Below are positions 61,538 through 64,000 of a stretch of DNA of 64,000 nucleotides, one piece after another; the first letter of the stretch is position 1, and each line of letters opens with the position of its first letter. The position numbers and the translations under genes are program-made. The notes below the pieces were generated by a model. That model was not told the origin of the DNA. It worked only from the letters and a program-made list of their open reading frames with translations, and did not search any database. This DNA comes from an uncultured Nitrososphaerota archaeon (GTDB lineage: Archaea; Thermoproteota; Nitrososphaeria; Nitrososphaerales; CADDZS01): positions 1,728,001 to 1,792,000 of the forward strand of contig CAWCYI010000004.1 in NCBI GenBank assembly GCA_963799845.1, in the 5' to 3' direction.

Positions 61538-62616
61538 ATGAAGATTACCGCGCAGGAAATCGAGGATATTGCCATTGGTGCCGCAGTCCTCGGAACCGGA
61601 GGTGGAGGAGATCCATTCATCGGGAAGCTGCTTGCGCTCGACGCAGTGGCAAGGTATGGTTCAGTTGAATTAATCCAGCCGGAAGAAGTACCAGACGAAG
61701 GGCTCGTGGTACCATCCGCGGGGATTGGAGCTCCCACTGTGTTGGTAGAGAAAATTCCGAACGGAGAAGAGGGGCTGGCTGCCCTCAGGATTCTCGAGGA
61801 CAAGATCCACAAAAAGCTGTCGCGATTACGCCGATTGAGCAGGGCGGACTGAACTCGGAAATCCCAATTTCTGTTGCGGCGAAGACCAGGCTCCCCCTGA
61901 CGGACTGCGACGGGATAGGAAGAGCCTTCCCCGAGCTCCAGATGTGCTCGTTCAGCCTCGACGGAATTCCTGCAAATCCAATGGTACTCGCCGACGAGAA
62001 AGGAAATGTGGTACTCCTTGAAACGATAGACAACTTGTGGACTGAGAGATTCGCACGAAGTACTGTTGTCCAGATGGGCGGATCTGCGCTCAGTGTTGCT
62101 TATCCTATGACGGGTGCGCAGCTGAAAAAATCGTGCATAAAGGGGACTGTTTCACTCTCGCTGAGGCTGGGCGAAGTGACCCGTTTTGCGAGAGAAAAGG
62201 GCGAAAATCCTCTCCACGACATTGCAAAGATACTCAGGAGCAAAATATTGTTCAAGGGAAAGTTGGTCGATATTTTCAGGAGGACGACGGGCGGTTTTGC
62301 AAGGGGCGAGGCACTCTTTCAGGGATTGGATGAATTTGACGGAGAATCCCTGAGGATCAAGTTCCAGAACGAGAACCTGATCGCCATGCGAAATGAGAAG
62401 AAGGTTGTAGCGACGGTACCGGACTTGATCTCTGTTCTCGATGTGGAGACAGGCATCGCGATCACAACTGAAGAGCTAAGATACGGAAATCGTGTCGTCA
62501 TCATAGGTTCGCCCTGCAACGAAAGATGGAGGACGCCCAAGGGCATCACCGTCGCGGGTCCGAGGTATTTCGGTTATGATGTTGACTATGTTCCCGTGGA
62601 GGAGCTGAGCGCTTAG
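61538..62616 (+). CDS. DUF917 family protein, paralogue 3; -1 frameshift at ~61815
   Basis: GAAVLGTGGGGDP, then (frame-corrected) EQGGLNS, DCDGIGRAFPELQM, FQNEN and GPRYFG. Confidence 0.9.
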
Positions 62617-62617
62617 T

Positions 62618-64000
62618 ATGCCGTACAGAATTGGAATCGACGTTGGTGGCACGCACACCGACGCGGTTATACTCGACGAGAACGACAAGCTCATCTGGGC
62701 CGAGAAAGTTGACACAACGGAGGACGTATCGACAGGGATCAATCAGGCCCTGGAAAGGGTTCTAAAGAATAGCTCGGTTGATCGGAAGAAAATCATCGCG
62801 GTAATGTTCGGGACGACCCACTGCACGAATGCCGTTGTTGAAAGAAAAAATCTCACGCACGTCGGTCTCCTGCGCATCGGAAAGCCTGCGACTCTGGGAA
62901 TTTCGCCACTATTCTCCCTGCCCAAAGATCTTCGATTGGCCATCGGAGATACCTGGTCTATAGTCTCGGGGGGGCATGAGTTCGACGGAAGAGAAATCTG
63001 GGCGTTTGATGAAAAAGCCACCCGAGAGGCGGCGGAGGACTTTAGGTCCCGCGGCGTCGAATCTGTTGCGATAGTGTCGGTCTTCTCTCCGGTCAATTCC
63101 ATTCATGAGGAGCGAGCCCAAAAGATATTCGCCGAGGTCATGGGCCCCACAGTTCCGCTAACTCTTTCCCACGAAATTGGAAGCATCGGTCTGTTGGAGC
63201 GCGAAAACGCCTCGGCCCTCAACGCCGCCCTAATGAAAGTCGCGCAAAAAGCAATTTCAGGATTCGTGAGCGCGGTGAATGAATCTGGGCTGTCCTCTGC
63301 GAAGATCTATCTTACGCAGAACGATGGGACGCTGATGTCGGTTGATTATGCCCGAAAGTACCCGGTCAAGACAATCGCGTCAGGTCCCACAAATAGCATG
63401 AGGGGCGCGGCATTTCTCACGGGGATCTCTGATGGAGTAATCGTTGACATTGGCGGTACGACTGCGCTCGTCGGAGCTATCATGCACGGTTTCCCGAGGG
63501 AATCCAACATTGCTGTCGAAATTGGAGGGGCCAGGACCAATTTCAGGATGCCCGATTTAATTGCGATAAGCTGCGGCGGCGGGACGGTCGTAAAATATGA
63601 TCAGAATGCCGTGCAGATAGGTCCAGAAAGCGTGGGGTTTCGGATAACCAGAGAGAGCGTTGCATGGGGCGGAAAAACCTTGACCACGACCGACGTGAGC
63701 TTGGGACTAGGTTATTCCAAAGTCGACGACCCTACATCTGTCGCGGAGAGAGTCGGGAATTCGTTTAGCAAGCAACTGCTTGAGCGAGCGCGTGACAGGA
63801 TAATCGCGATCATAGAAGATTCGATTGACAGGATGAAGACATCCGCAGATCCGGTGGAGGTTGTACTGGTAGGCGGAGGTGGAATCATTGTTCCGGAGGA
63901 TTACTATGGAAAGTTCAAGGGAGTATCGAGGGTCGTGAGACCGTCGCATTTCCAGTATGCGAACGCGATAGGAGCAGCTATCGCGCAGGCAAGCGGAGAG
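62618..64000 (+). CDS. Hydantoinase/oxoprolinase family protein (runs off the window)
   Basis: Not in the ORF track; hand-translated motifs MPYRIGIDVGGTHTDAV, GTTHCTNAVV, GLLEREN, SGPTNSMRGA, DIGGTT and ANAIGAA. The start and the window-end motifs share one frame. Confidence 0.92.
   Translation, partial: MPYRIGIDVGGTHTDAVILDENDKLIWAEKVDTTEDVSTGINQALERVLKNSSVDRKKIIAVMFGTTHCTNAVVERKNLTHVGLLRIGKPATLGISPLFSLPKDLRLAIGDTWSIVSGGHEFDGREIWAFDEKATREAAEDFRSRGVESVAIVSVFSPVNSIHEERAQKIFAEVMGPTVPLTLSHEIGSIGLLERENASALNAALMKVAQKAISGFVSAVNESGLSSAKIYLTQNDGTLMSVDYARKYPVKTIASGPTNSMRGAAFLTGISDGVIVDIGGTTALVGAIMHGFPRESNIAVEIGGARTNFRMPDLIAISCGGGTVVKYDQNAVQIGPESVGFRITRESVAWGGKTLTTTDVSLGLGYSKVDDPTSVAERVGNSFSKQLLERARDRIIAIIEDSIDRMKTSADPVEVVLVGGGGIIVPEDYYGKFKGVSRVVRPSHFQYANAIGAAIAQASGE

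Noticed and set aside
6146-62616. Split genes as true pseudogenes or programmed frameshifts
   Set aside because: Each is repaired by one base with no other decay, and there is no consistent slippery heptamer. The sites cluster on AGCT, so a systematic sequencing error is more parsimonious.
51112-64000. Calling the island an ergothioneine degradation pathway
   Set aside because: No ergothionase or thiourocanate hydratase is visible in the window, so the substrate cannot be assigned from sequence alone.

Overview
Archaeal chromosome segment. The nurA-herA-mre11-rad50 operon, HTH_10/Bat and double-Lrp regulators, F420-type luciferase-like genes and many TTG/GTG starts suggest a heterotrophic Nitrososphaerota-like lineage (inference). 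1-5.9 kb: canonical nurA-herA-mre11-rad50 DNA end-resection operon. 6-46 kb: accessory patchwork of MFS/MMPL/ABC exporters, regulators, small redox proteins, tdh-kbl and a GerW/DUF2953 triad. It includes a complete 1089-bp IS701-family element (5-bp TSD) that splits an HTH_10 regulator, and two tRNA-Leu-like 3' fragments bracketing about 6 kb. 46-64 kb: a catabolic island with three DUF917 (thiohydantoin desulfurase-family) paralogues, a hydantoinase/oxoprolinase, a creatininase, two LLM oxidoreductases, a Moco-domain/Rieske fusion and a peptide-type ABC importer. Ten of the eleven single-base frameshifts I could place lie in or next to AGCT. This looks like a methylation-induced sequencing-error fingerprint rather than real gene decay. 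No CRISPR array, rRNA or intact tRNA gene was seen.
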